In this document: piece by piece, positions 1 to 8,707 of the stretch
Layout of the letters: every line of letters begins with the position of its first letter
Position numbering within the stretch: position 1 is the stretch's first letter
IMG/VR virus record: IMGVR_UViG_3300042934_000980
Coordinates: 1 to 64,000 of that record
DNA length: 64,000 nt
Direction: 5' to 3' (one strand)
Translations under genes and position numbers: made by a program
Notes under the pieces: generated by a model
What the model was told of the DNA's origin: nothing
Databases searched by the model: none
What the model saw: only the letters and a program-made list of their open reading frames with translations

Positions 1-198
1 CCAGTGTTTACCAAAGATCAAAGGTTCGCCGGTGAGGGTGGTAAGCCTTAAGCTTTCTACAAAGAACGGTGCATGCCGTGGCACCACAACCCGGCTGAAC
101 AAACCGGCTTCGACCGAGAACGGTTCACCGTCGATTGCGTTCTCAAGGTTGGTGCCTTCGATGTCGGTTTTGTACTCTTTGACGATTGGGAATTGCAT
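1..198 (-). CDS. Partial (runs off window) virion/tail-fibre-associated protein, paralog of 210..971
   Basis: ATG at 198 preceded by AGAGG. Hand translation: MQFPIVKEYKTDIEGTNLENAIDGEPF...VVPRHAPFF...PLIFGKHW. Shares the VPRxAPFF...PLIxG motif with the upstream gene. Missing from the ORF track because it is truncated. Confidence 0.75.
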   Translation of the reverse strand, partial: MQFPIVKEYKTDIEGTNLENAIDGEPFSVEAGLFSRVVVPRHAPFFVESLRLTTLTGEPLIFGKHW

Positions 199-209
199 AA
201 CCCGACCTC

Positions 210-971
210 TTAGTTAATGTTGAGCGTACCGGCGGCTTGTTGCCGGAAAGCCTCTTTAAGCACCGCCACGGTGACACTCTTGTTGGCGCTGTTGCCCTTG
301 AGGTCTTCGTTGGTAGCAGGCGCCATGTTTTCCACATCTTCCAACCCCAAGTCTTCCTTGGTACCGGGGTGGGCTTCGATCAGAGGTTTGTTCAAATGCT
401 CTTCGAGCATTTTCTGCACATCCATTATCCCATTGACCGACATCATGACGAGCACCAAGCTGTTGAGCGCGGTGTACATCTCCAAGTAGTCGTAGGTTTG
501 GGTAGCAGGATGGGTGTGCGGATCAGCTGGCCATTCGGTGGGAATGGTCACCGGGTCCAGATCGCTCCAGTCAGCCTGACGTGGGCTGTTGACGATGTTG
601 GCCACCAACTGGGCAAACGCTGCGTCATCGAGGGTGAACGGCCCGCCAATGGTGCTGTAGCTCGCCTCAAGCACAGCGTCGATCTTCTTGAGCAGTACCA
701 CCGAGCCAAACACGTTGCGACGGTTCTTAAGCACCAGTTGGTTGAAGGGGTGAGCAAAGGCGTAATCCACCCCCAAGATCAGCGGGGTGGTCGAACCCTG
801 GCGGTAAAGCTTGAACGTTTTATCGTCGGTCGGACCGCCTGAAAAGAACGGGGCGTAACGCGGCACAAACTCAAATCGGGTGTCGGTGGCGTTGACTTTG
901 ATAACTTCTCGTTTGATGTCGTTGTCAACGCGTTCCTGGAACGGGTTCCATTGAAAGGTGATGGCAGCCAT
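210..971 (-). CDS. Virion structural protein (phiKZ-type tail-fibre proximal/adaptor family)
   Basis: 253 aa with an AGGAG RBS. Motifs VPRYAPFF, LGVDY, WPADPHTHP and a C-terminal KEDLGLEDVEN repeat typical of tail-fibre proteins. Confidence 0.6.
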   Translation of the reverse strand: MAAITFQWNPFQERVDNDIKREVIKVNATDTRFEFVPRYAPFFSGGPTDDKTFKLYRQGSTTPLILGVDYAFAHPFNQLVLKNRRNVFGSVVLLKKIDAVLEASYSTIGGPFTLDDAAFAQLVANIVNSPRQADWSDLDPVTIPTEWPADPHTHPATQTYDYLEMYTALNSLVLVMMSVNGIMDVQKMLEEHLNKPLIEAHPGTKEDLGLEDVENMAPATNEDLKGNSANKSVTVAVLKEAFRQQAAGTLNIN

Positions 972-1091
972 TTAGCGCGCTCCTGAGACGGTTGGTGGGG
1001 ATATCTTATGACCTCACCCCATAGTGATAACGGTGCCTATAGGTCGTTTATAGGACCGAATTTTCATAGAATCGTAAGGAGCTCGCCCCCT

Positions 1092-2351
1092 ATGTACACT
1101 TACAAAAGGGCCGTTGGCATCAACCAACTTGTCCCCCGAGGAGAAGAACTTTTAGATATTTCCTCGATGCCCACGAAAGAGCTTTTCACCACCTACAGTG
1201 ATTTGACCCTTGTGGTAACCGACGAACTGGCCAAAGTCGAAGTGGCGATTGACGTCATAGGGTACTACAACGATCTGGTCGGGTTCACCGGAACCATTCA
1301 AGAGTGGTTGGACACCAAAAAGACTACCCCACTCAAAACCACCAACACCGTGCCGGGCAAAGAGTACCGCTTCGTTACCAGCCACGACATCCAGTACGAA
1401 TGGTTCAGCCTGCTGCCAGGTGACGTACGGCTCGCTGATGACCGCCAAGCCCTGTTGACCACCACCGGCGCGCCGGACATTCGGGTGGTGAAGACTGACA
1501 ACACGGAAGTGGATTTCAAAGCCTTGACCGAACGGGCCTTGTGGACGGTCAACGGGCATTTGACCCGCGCGGTCGAAGGCACCCGGGAGTTGTACCTGCT
1601 TAACGCCGGCAAGCACTTTAACGTGAACGACAACATTCACGTGGGCTGCTTGAACTTCAATACCGTCTCCAAGCTTGCCACCTACCCCATCACCGCCGAG
1701 ATGCTCAACTTTGCGGACAACGGCACCACCCGTTCGGTGCGGCTGGATGCCCCCACTCAAGCCAATGGCGAGAAGCTCTCCTTTGCCGGTAAGACGGTGT
1801 GGATGAGCTTGGGCGGGCGGTTGATGTTTAACGACGTGGTGCAAGTCAACGGTGACAAGGGCGTGACGCTGCGCACTGAGAAAGTGGACTGGTTTACCCG
1901 GATCTTTGACTCCAAGGCGATGATTGACCTTTCCGGCGTCATTGACAAGGAGCGCGACGTGGTGGGTGCAGAGTTCTTCAACACCGAAGAGTTCTTCACA
2001 GCCCTGCTGACTGACCCTTCAACGTTCTTTATTGTTCTGGACAACCCGAATTTGTACGTGTGGCGCAAGCCCTTGGAAGCGTACCAATACCCGTTTACGT
2101 TCCACACGGAAGAAACCAGACGTATCCCGTTGATGGTCAGCAATGGACTGTTGCCCAAATACTTCACGCGCAAGATCATAAACCGGAGGTTACTCGACAT
2201 CGATTTGGGGATTAATAAGCGATACCTCAACAAGACCACGGGGATCCATAACGAGGGCAACCTTTTCCATGGGTTCACGAACCGCTTTCAACCGAGCACC
2301 CTTTTCGAGGGATACCTGCTCTACATTCGTGCAATCATTCAAGGGGCCTAG
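1092..2351 (+). CDS. Conserved phiKZ-like hypothetical/virion protein
   Basis: Long ORF; start moved to MYTYKRA at 1092, which has AAGGAG upstream. Confidence 0.65.
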   Translation: MYTYKRAVGINQLVPRGEELLDISSMPTKELFTTYSDLTLVVTDELAKVEVAIDVIGYYNDLVGFTGTIQEWLDTKKTTPLKTTNTVPGKEYRFVTSHDIQYEWFSLLPGDVRLADDRQALLTTTGAPDIRVVKTDNTEVDFKALTERALWTVNGHLTRAVEGTRELYLLNAGKHFNVNDNIHVGCLNFNTVSKLATYPITAEMLNFADNGTTRSVRLDAPTQANGEKLSFAGKTVWMSLGGRLMFNDVVQVNGDKGVTLRTEKVDWFTRIFDSKAMIDLSGVIDKERDVVGAEFFNTEEFFTALLTDPSTFFIVLDNPNLYVWRKPLEAYQYPFTFHTEETRRIPLMVSNGLLPKYFTRKIINRRLLDIDLGINKRYLNKTTGIHNEGNLFHGFTNRFQPSTLFEGYLLYIRAIIQGA

Positions 2352-2353
2352 TC

Positions 2354-2848
2354 ATGGGCAAGTTTTTGGAATCAACCTTTTTCTCGGATAAGATCCGGGG
2401 GTTGGTAACCCTGTTTTTACTGGTGCTCATCGCGGGCTTTTTGTTGTTTCAAACAATCTTCCCGCACAAACCCACGCTTGACCAAGAAACCATGCAGTCG
2501 CTTCAGAACGTGACGGAGGTGCTGCGTAAGGCCGCCGTCAACCTGGAGTCTGCCGGGCAAAGTCAGGCTGAACTTAATGAGACGCTCAAACGACAATTGG
2601 GTGATCTCGACACCGCAAGGAACAAAGGATATGAGGAGCTTCTTGAAAAGTACGGCTTGGATGTGGATCTTCCCACTACTCCTGGTGATGGGCTCATTAA
2701 CCGGATGCAGCCACGGAACAACGATCTCCGAGGGAAACCTGTACCTCCAGGCTCAAGCCCAACAGGTGCAGATCAACACCTACAAAGTCCAACTCCAGGA
2801 CACCAAGAAAAGGCTGACCCAGGTCATACCGGCGGTCAAGAACGATAA
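2354..2848 (+). CDS. Putative inner-membrane spanin (Rz-like)
   Basis: Single N-terminal TM helix (GLVTLFLLVLIAGFLLF) followed by a coiled coil; overlaps a lipoprotein gene in another frame. Confidence 0.65.
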   Translation: MGKFLESTFFSDKIRGLVTLFLLVLIAGFLLFQTIFPHKPTLDQETMQSLQNVTEVLRKAAVNLESAGQSQAELNETLKRQLGDLDTARNKGYEELLEKYGLDVDLPTTPGDGLINRMQPRNNDLRGKPVPPGSSPTGADQHLQSPTPGHQEKADPGHTGGQER

Positions 2849-3122
2849 CCCCACGGTCCCGGTTACATTGGTAGGGGATTTGAGCGACTTCTTGGCGAGC
2901 AACGATTGCACCCAGATGTCGGGGAACCTCAAAGACAACTGCTACAAGGTAACCCGGGTCAAGCTCATAAATACGACGCGTGCTTTGGATGAAGCCAATG
3001 CGAATATTTATGCAGGCCAAGTGACCGTGAATCAACTGATCAGCAACATCAATGTCTTGGTGGACTCCTTGGGCCAGCCGGTAGACGCGTTAGGGAACCC
3101 GATACCTGCTGCACCTAAGTGA
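2631..3122 (+). CDS. Putative outer-membrane spanin lipoprotein (Rz1-like)
   Basis: ATG at 2631 after AAAGGA. Signal peptide MRSFLKSTAWMWIFPLLLVMGS with lipobox LTG-C; starts inside the i-spanin gene. Confidence 0.7.
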   Translation: MRSFLKSTAWMWIFPLLLVMGSLTGCSHGTTISEGNLYLQAQAQQVQINTYKVQLQDTKKRLTQVIPAVKNDNPTVPVTLVGDLSDFLASNDCTQMSGNLKDNCYKVTRVKLINTTRALDEANANIYAGQVTVNQLISNINVLVDSLGQPVDALGNPIPAAPK

Positions 3123-3132
3123 CGCGGCATAC

Positions 3133-3177
3133 CCTACTCCCCTCCAGAGCCCGTAAGGAGCTCTGGAGGGGAGTAGG
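3133..3177. terminator. Bidirectional hairpin between convergent genes
   Basis: Perfect 18-bp stem CCTACTCCCCTCCAGAGC/GCTCTGGAGGGGAGTAGG. Confidence 0.8.
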
Positions 3178-3207
3178 AATACGTTTGCTTGTGTTTCTTT
3201 TTTAACG

Positions 3208-3723
3208 CTACTCAGGGCGCCTTGGAGGGGCCTCTGGGACGGTGTTGTCCTCGGGGTAATCCAGTCTTCCGTAAGCCGGAGGGGGAGGAGGTGCCGGAGG
3301 AGGTGTTTCAGGACGATTCACTGGGTGACTGGGTGGTGCAATGATCTCTGCCATCTTGCCGCGGATCTTGGTGGTGAGCGAGGTGCCCTCCAGCAAAGTC
3401 GACAGCGTCTTGTTGGCGTTGATCCAGGTCCAGGCACAGATGATCGGACCGACGTTCATGATCAACATTATCATCATGTCCGGCCAGCCTTGTCCGGCAG
3501 TCACCGAGTGGTTCACGCTCCAGGCGTTCATCAACGCCGCGATGCAGGTGGTCAGTACGGCCAGTGTGCCTGTCAAGTTACGCAGCATCACTGTCCACTT
3601 ACCAAAGACTTCGCGTTCAATGCCACCTGGGTTGTTGCTGGGTACTTCAATGTTGAAGGCAGGCTCCACCATCACAGGGACAGGCTTGCCCTCTTCATTG
3701 GGGGTCTGGGTTGGATCGGTCAT
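3208..3723 (-). CDS. Two-TM membrane protein, holin candidate
   Basis: Two hydrophobic helices (LTGTLAVLTTCIAALMNAW; MMIMLIMNVGPIICAWTWI) and a Pro-rich C-terminal tail; adjacent to the spanins. The start at 3723 has a GGAG RBS. Confidence 0.45.
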   Translation of the reverse strand: MTDPTQTPNEEGKPVPVMVEPAFNIEVPSNNPGGIEREVFGKWTVMLRNLTGTLAVLTTCIAALMNAWSVNHSVTAGQGWPDMMIMLIMNVGPIICAWTWINANKTLSTLLEGTSLTTKIRGKMAEIIAPPSHPVNRPETPPPAPPPPPAYGRLDYPEDNTVPEAPPRRPE

Positions 3724-4309
3724 CGGGGAATACTCCATAATGCTTAGCTATCACTTCACAGCGATAAAGAGTGACGGCCCCGGCATCGACAGAGTGTTCG
3801 TCCATCAATGCAAGATCATGATCCCCTGGGTTCAGCCACGTGTAATTAAGAAGGCCTTGTGCAACATCATCTTTGGTCATACCCCGACCCGTGACCCCCA
3901 CAATAGCCTTGGCCAAGTTAGGCAAGACCATGGACAGGTGCACGTCGCGTGACGTACAGGTCTCACGCAACATGCCCACGCACTGGATCAACTGCTTAAA
4001 CGTGAGTGCACTCATGCCCAAGAAGTTGTCTTCGCAGATCGCAGTGTCCGGCTTGTAGGTGTCGATCAGGATACCCAGACTTCGTCCCATGCAGTAACTA
4101 CGCGCCATCACCCGTGTGCTGGCCAGGTCATCAAACTGAACTGGCACGTCATACAGGATCTTTTCGCCGTAGATGGTGTTTCCATACACCAGTTGAAAAG
4201 GCTCAGGCTTCTCAATGTTCACGTCAACGAACCAGACGCCCATGTTGGTGGTAGACGGGTCAATACCCATGACCCGGTACACACCTGGATGATTCATACC
4301 CTTAGACAT
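3695..4309 (-). CDS. ruvC: RuvC-like Holliday junction resolvase
   Basis: Catalytic motifs VMGIDPSTTNMG, AICED and DEHSVDAG of the RuvC/RNase H fold. Confidence 0.85.
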   Translation of the reverse strand: MSKGMNHPGVYRVMGIDPSTTNMGVWFVDVNIEKPEPFQLVYGNTIYGEKILYDVPVQFDDLASTRVMARSYCMGRSLGILIDTYKPDTAICEDNFLGMSALTFKQLIQCVGMLRETCTSRDVHLSMVLPNLAKAIVGVTGRGMTKDDVAQGLLNYTWLNPGDHDLALMDEHSVDAGAVTLYRCEVIAKHYGVFPDDRSNPDPQ

Positions 4310-4938
4310 AAGTAGCCCTGCTGGGACCCGTGAAGGATCTCGACAATTGCCACCATCTCAGAGTAGTCCACCATAAACTCGGTGGGGAGATCTTGCGTGG
4401 AGCCTTTGTACACCAGCTTAAAGCCCCCAGTGCACAGCTCACCAATGGTGCCCGACATCCAACCCCCCATAACGCGGTAGTTGTTAAGCAACTGCGCCAA
4501 GGTGTAGGCCACAGTGTTGTCGGTGCCCACGATGGGGTAGGTGTTGCCCACCCCCACGATGTCCAAGAACTCCAACTCTTCGACGTTGTGCACAGTAATA
4601 GGTGCGTTCAGCCAGACGGCCCGCGTGCCGGTGTCGTACAGCGGATTGTCAATGACCCAATCGTCTGAGTCGTCAACCGCCAGGCTGGAACCCTCCTCCA
4701 CCGGTTGAACGGCCATGGTCTTGTTGGTAAACGTCACCAACACCTCACCACTCTCCTTGTCAATCAGCTCCAGAGCAAACTGACGCGAAGGGTTCAAGAA
4801 CGCTTGGGACTGTTTAAAGTCTTCAGCGCTCAAGGCGGTGAGGTAAAACCCATTGCACAGTTCAATGGCTTGGACGGAGGTCATTCCTTCTTTCAACGGG
4901 AGGTGAACACCCCCCTTGAGGATTTCAGGAATCTCCAT
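4294..4938 (-). CDS. Hypothetical protein
   Basis: 214-aa ORF tightly packed in a minus-strand operon. Confidence 0.6.
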   Translation of the reverse strand: MEIPEILKGGVHLPLKEGMTSVQAIELCNGFYLTALSAEDFKQSQAFLNPSRQFALELIDKESGEVLVTFTNKTMAVQPVEEGSSLAVDDSDDWVIDNPLYDTGTRAVWLNAPITVHNVEELEFLDIVGVGNTYPIVGTDNTVAYTLAQLLNNYRVMGGWMSGTIGELCTGGFKLVYKGSTQDLPTEFMVDYSEMVAIVEILHGSQQGYLCLRV

Positions 4939-4941
4939 GGG

Positions 4942-5889
4942 TTAGTTCCCCTGGCTGGAAGTGCTGGCGGTGGCCGTGGTGTGCAGCAGCATAGGCTCAC
5001 TGGCACCGTGGTCGAACGCCAACTGGATCTTGGTGTTGTTGATCGCGTTACGCCCGTCACGCTCGGTGATGTAGTGGCTGAACACCGCGCTCAGCACTTC
5101 GGTGTAACGAATGGTCGCCCCGCCTGCGATCTGACCGTCGAACTGGGTATCAATCCCCCACGCCACACCCACTTCGTTGATCGACGCGTAGCTGCTGTCG
5201 CCAAAGTAGACTTTGCAGGCGTTGGCCAGTTCCACCAGGTCCTGCGCACTCATCGAGCAGTCCAGAATGGCGGAGCTGTTCATGTACGTGTCGCTGATCG
5301 GGACGGTGTTCTCGCTGGTGAAGTCCACCGGCTGCGGGTTGAACAGGTTGTCCTTGGACGGCACGTACGGCTTGGCCGTCTCGTTACCTGCTGCATCGCG
5401 GGTGATCTTGTTGACCGAGGGGTTGTAGTTGGCAAAGTCAATGAGCTTGAGCCAGTAAACCGCGTAGGTCACACCGTCGCTCAGCGTCTCAACCGTACGC
5501 AGGCGGTACTTGGCGCGGTTGACGTTATCCAGGTCGTTGTCGATCGGACGCAGGATAAACGGCACCGCGGTAAACAGGTTGCCGTCAATGGGCTGGTGCT
5601 GGTTGACTTTAAGCTTGGTCACGCCGCGCGCGTCTTTACCGTCGCAGGCGCTACCACGAATACCGATGCCGAAAAACTTCAGCTCGAAATCACGACCGTT
5701 CTTCACCCCGATCGATTCCTCCCCCATGATGTTGTACACTTCATTGAGGGTGGTGTACTGAGGCAGGTTGATCTTTTGGTTGGTCGAACAGCACTTGCCG
5801 ATCAGGTTGCCGTAAGGGGTGTTGGTGACGGTTTGCGTAGGAACCTCAGAGCGGTTCTGATCTTGTACTTCGGCACTGGAAATGGCCAT
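4942..5889 (-). CDS. Conserved virion structural protein (phiKZ gp139-like)
   Basis: Motif PFILRPIDNDL...RAKYRLR...YWLK that I recognise from phiKZ-like phages; syntenic with ruvC. Confidence 0.6.
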   Translation of the reverse strand: MAISSAEVQDQNRSEVPTQTVTNTPYGNLIGKCCSTNQKINLPQYTTLNEVYNIMGEESIGVKNGRDFELKFFGIGIRGSACDGKDARGVTKLKVNQHQPIDGNLFTAVPFILRPIDNDLDNVNRAKYRLRTVETLSDGVTYAVYWLKLIDFANYNPSVNKITRDAAGNETAKPYVPSKDNLFNPQPVDFTSENTVPISDTYMNSSAILDCSMSAQDLVELANACKVYFGDSSYASINEVGVAWGIDTQFDGQIAGGATIRYTEVLSAVFSHYITERDGRNAINNTKIQLAFDHGASEPMLLHTTATASTSSQGN

Positions 5890-5900
5890 GAAAAAAGTTC

Positions 5901-6305
5901 CTATTGGAAATAGAGAATGAAAGAGTTCCGAAATCGCATAGAATTCGGGGCTGTAACCACGGTGATTTGCTTATCACCCAGCACCAATTTGCTGATGTCT
6001 TCGGGGAGCAATTCCAAGTTGATTTGTCTGTTGACCCAGGACGCGATGTGGCCTTTGCTCAGCAACACGTCCCGGCTCGACTGCATGTCCTTGGGGATCC
6101 ACAACGACTTTTGCAGGCTTAAGGCTGTCACGTCCACCCGAGGGTGTTCGTACATCTCAGGCATGCCGTCTGGCGGCGCTGCAAGGAAGATGTGGTTCCC
6201 AGTGATACGATTTACCCGCTGGTAGACAAAGGCTGAAGCACTTAGGTCTTTCAGCCCCCGTTTACTGCAGAAGGCTTTGCGCACCAGTCGTAATTCCTGA
6301 CTCAT
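5901..6305 (-). CDS. Small virion/baseplate accessory protein
   Basis: AAGGAG RBS. The C-terminal VNRQINLELLPEDI...APNSMRF pattern resembles a beta domain common in jumbo-phage tail proteins. Confidence 0.5.
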   Translation of the reverse strand: MSQELRLVRKAFCSKRGLKDLSASAFVYQRVNRITGNHIFLAAPPDGMPEMYEHPRVDVTALSLQKSLWIPKDMQSSRDVLLSKGHIASWVNRQINLELLPEDISKLVLGDKQITVVTAPNSMRFRNSFILYFQ

Positions 6306-6316
6306 GGCGCAGCTCC

Positions 6317-8686
6317 TTAGGTGTTGGTTTTAAGCACGCTGTAATCGGTGCCCGGCAAGAGGGTCCAGTCGTTTTCGGTCGTTTGCGTTTGCTCGATCTC
6401 CAGCAACCCGTACTGGGTATTTGGAACGCGGGTAAACGGTAAGACCTCATCGCCTGGGAAGACCAACTTGTCGTAATACGTAGGCGGGATGTCAACCCAA
6501 GGCTCCACCGGGGTCAGGTCTTCAGGGAACTCCAACTGACCGTAGTAGGTCGGTGGGGGCAACTCTTCAACCGGTTTGGGGATATCGGGCAACGGCAACA
6601 TACGGAAGTACGAAGTGTCGTTAATTCGCACCGCGTAATCACGCAGGTCTGTAGTCAGGTCCACAGGTTTGATGTGGTCCCGGCTTTTGATCACGCCAAA
6701 GCCTTCGGAATCCATCACAAAGGTGGGCTTGGCCAGATCCACCAACTGCACCAATGTTTCGGTGTGGCGAATGCTGTCAATGTGCCCGTTGCTGTCAAAC
6801 TTGGCATTCTGGAAGTCCCCGTACGAACCGTTGCCTTCGCTGGTCCATTTAGGGTCGCCCACAAACGTTTCGTTCTTAAGCTCCGTAACCTCGGTGCCGT
6901 CATCCATCTCCTTGACCACGTTAATGGTGTAGGAGGAAAGCCGCATCATGATCTCAATCAGATCGTTCTGCTTAACCCGCAGCGACGGTTGGCTGTTGCT
7001 GTCCCACCCGGTGATGCGTTTGAAGATGTCCCACGCAAAGTTACGCGCTTCATCGACCGAGTACTCCGAGAAGTCCAGCTCATACGCCCCCAGCAGGTCC
7101 TTATAGGCTGTGTAGGACGTCATCTCGATGTAGCCTGACTCGTACATGAGTTCGGTGGTGTTTTTCACCCGCGCCCGCATGTTGAGGTCGTAGTACTGAC
7201 TGAAGATCTTGCGGTGGTTCCACTTAGCGTCGTACACCTGTGCGCTGTAGCTCATCAGGTATTCGGGAGCAATGAAGGTGTCCACGTTGATCCACTGATC
7301 GCGAATCCCTTGGGCCGTCTTCTCGTGGATAAACGCACGACCCCCGATCGCAATCAACGCGTCAATGGTCGGTGGCTTGATCTTCATGACGTTCTGATAG
7401 AACGCCGGCTCAATGGTGACTGGATCTTTGCCTTTGGTCAGGTCAATCAAGTACCGCCAGACATAGAAGGCATCCCCCACCGGCAATCGCAGCGACTTAC
7501 CGTTCTTGGGGTCCACCACCAAGATCTTGCCGCGGAACAACCCTTTACCCGCCAGATAGATCCACTCGTTGTACACGGTGGACATCAGGGTGTCGATGTG
7601 CCGGTTGGTATAATCGGTCATCGACGACACAAGGGTCTTGGTAGGCAGTTCCGAGTGCAGCGAGTACTTACCCTTAAGCAGCGCATCCTCGTAATAGATC
7701 GAGGTCTGGTCGTAGTTGTCTTTGGCCAAGTACTGCTGTTTAAGGATCAACGCTTGGGTGTCGATGAACGAGGCTGCCCGACCGTAGTCCTCAATCAGGT
7801 TCAACTGCAACCGGCGGTACAACGGGGTGGGGGTTAACTCATCGAGCTGGGTTTCGGTGGTCTCCACCATGTCGTACTTGGCCAGCGGGATTTCAGCACT
7901 GGTCAGCATGTTGTCCAGCAGTTTACCAAAGGTGTACTGCTGACCGGGGTTGTTCTTGACCCAGGCGATATTGCGGTACAACCACATGATCTGAAAACGG
8001 GTAAGGCTATTCTTATACTTGGAGAAGTCCCCAAATGAATCTATATGGCTCCAGATAAAGAAGTCGTGCGCATACCGGGTACCGATCGCTTCAAAGCGAA
8101 TCGTGCAGATCGCCTTGATCAAATCTGCGTACAACTGCATCACCGCGATAGGCAGCATCAAGTTGTCGGTGATCATGTAGTCATTCTTAAACAAATGACT
8201 GGTTTCGGCATTGACCCAGCTCTGTAGCTGCGGGATCAATTGGTCCTCATTCCAGAGCACCAGATTCTCGTTGTACTTGAGAATCTTATAGTCATCGGCC
8301 TCAATCGTCTCGGTGTACGGGATGGGAGCCAATATGCCGCGAATCAATTCTGACTGACCCGGGTAGGTGGTGCTCAGCCTTTGGAACAACTCACCGCCTG
8401 AACTGTACTCACGAAAGGTTTGCAGGTGAACGTTCAGGTTGGCCTTATTAAAGACAATCTCTTCGCCGGTGTCCACGGACTTGACGAACATGATCTCGTC
8501 AGTTGGGTGGTAGTCACCGTTTAAGTTCATGTAATAGCGCCAGGTGCGCTTGTCTGAACTGACGGGGTACCCTGCTTTTTGCAGGATGACGTTGTCGCGT
8601 AGAGCCACAGCCTCAATCTTGATCACCATGGTTCGCGTTAAGCGCAACACACTGGTTAGAAATGCATCGAATTCGATATTGTTCAT
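6317..8686 (-). CDS. Virion structural/baseplate protein (phiKZ gp128-like)
   Basis: Motif WRYYMNLNGDYHPTD; divergent from the portal gene as in phiKZ. Confidence 0.7.
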   Translation of the reverse strand: MNNIEFDAFLTSVLRLTRTMVIKIEAVALRDNVILQKAGYPVSSDKRTWRYYMNLNGDYHPTDEIMFVKSVDTGEEIVFNKANLNVHLQTFREYSSGGELFQRLSTTYPGQSELIRGILAPIPYTETIEADDYKILKYNENLVLWNEDQLIPQLQSWVNAETSHLFKNDYMITDNLMLPIAVMQLYADLIKAICTIRFEAIGTRYAHDFFIWSHIDSFGDFSKYKNSLTRFQIMWLYRNIAWVKNNPGQQYTFGKLLDNMLTSAEIPLAKYDMVETTETQLDELTPTPLYRRLQLNLIEDYGRAASFIDTQALILKQQYLAKDNYDQTSIYYEDALLKGKYSLHSELPTKTLVSSMTDYTNRHIDTLMSTVYNEWIYLAGKGLFRGKILVVDPKNGKSLRLPVGDAFYVWRYLIDLTKGKDPVTIEPAFYQNVMKIKPPTIDALIAIGGRAFIHEKTAQGIRDQWINVDTFIAPEYLMSYSAQVYDAKWNHRKIFSQYYDLNMRARVKNTTELMYESGYIEMTSYTAYKDLLGAYELDFSEYSVDEARNFAWDIFKRITGWDSNSQPSLRVKQNDLIEIMMRLSSYTINVVKEMDDGTEVTELKNETFVGDPKWTSEGNGSYGDFQNAKFDSNGHIDSIRHTETLVQLVDLAKPTFVMDSEGFGVIKSRDHIKPVDLTTDLRDYAVRINDTSYFRMLPLPDIPKPVEELPPPTYYGQLEFPEDLTPVEPWVDIPPTYYDKLVFPGDEVLPFTRVPNTQYGLLEIEQTQTTENDWTLLPGTDYSVLKTNT

Positions 8687-8707
8687 AATTCACTCATGAG
8701 GTTCATA

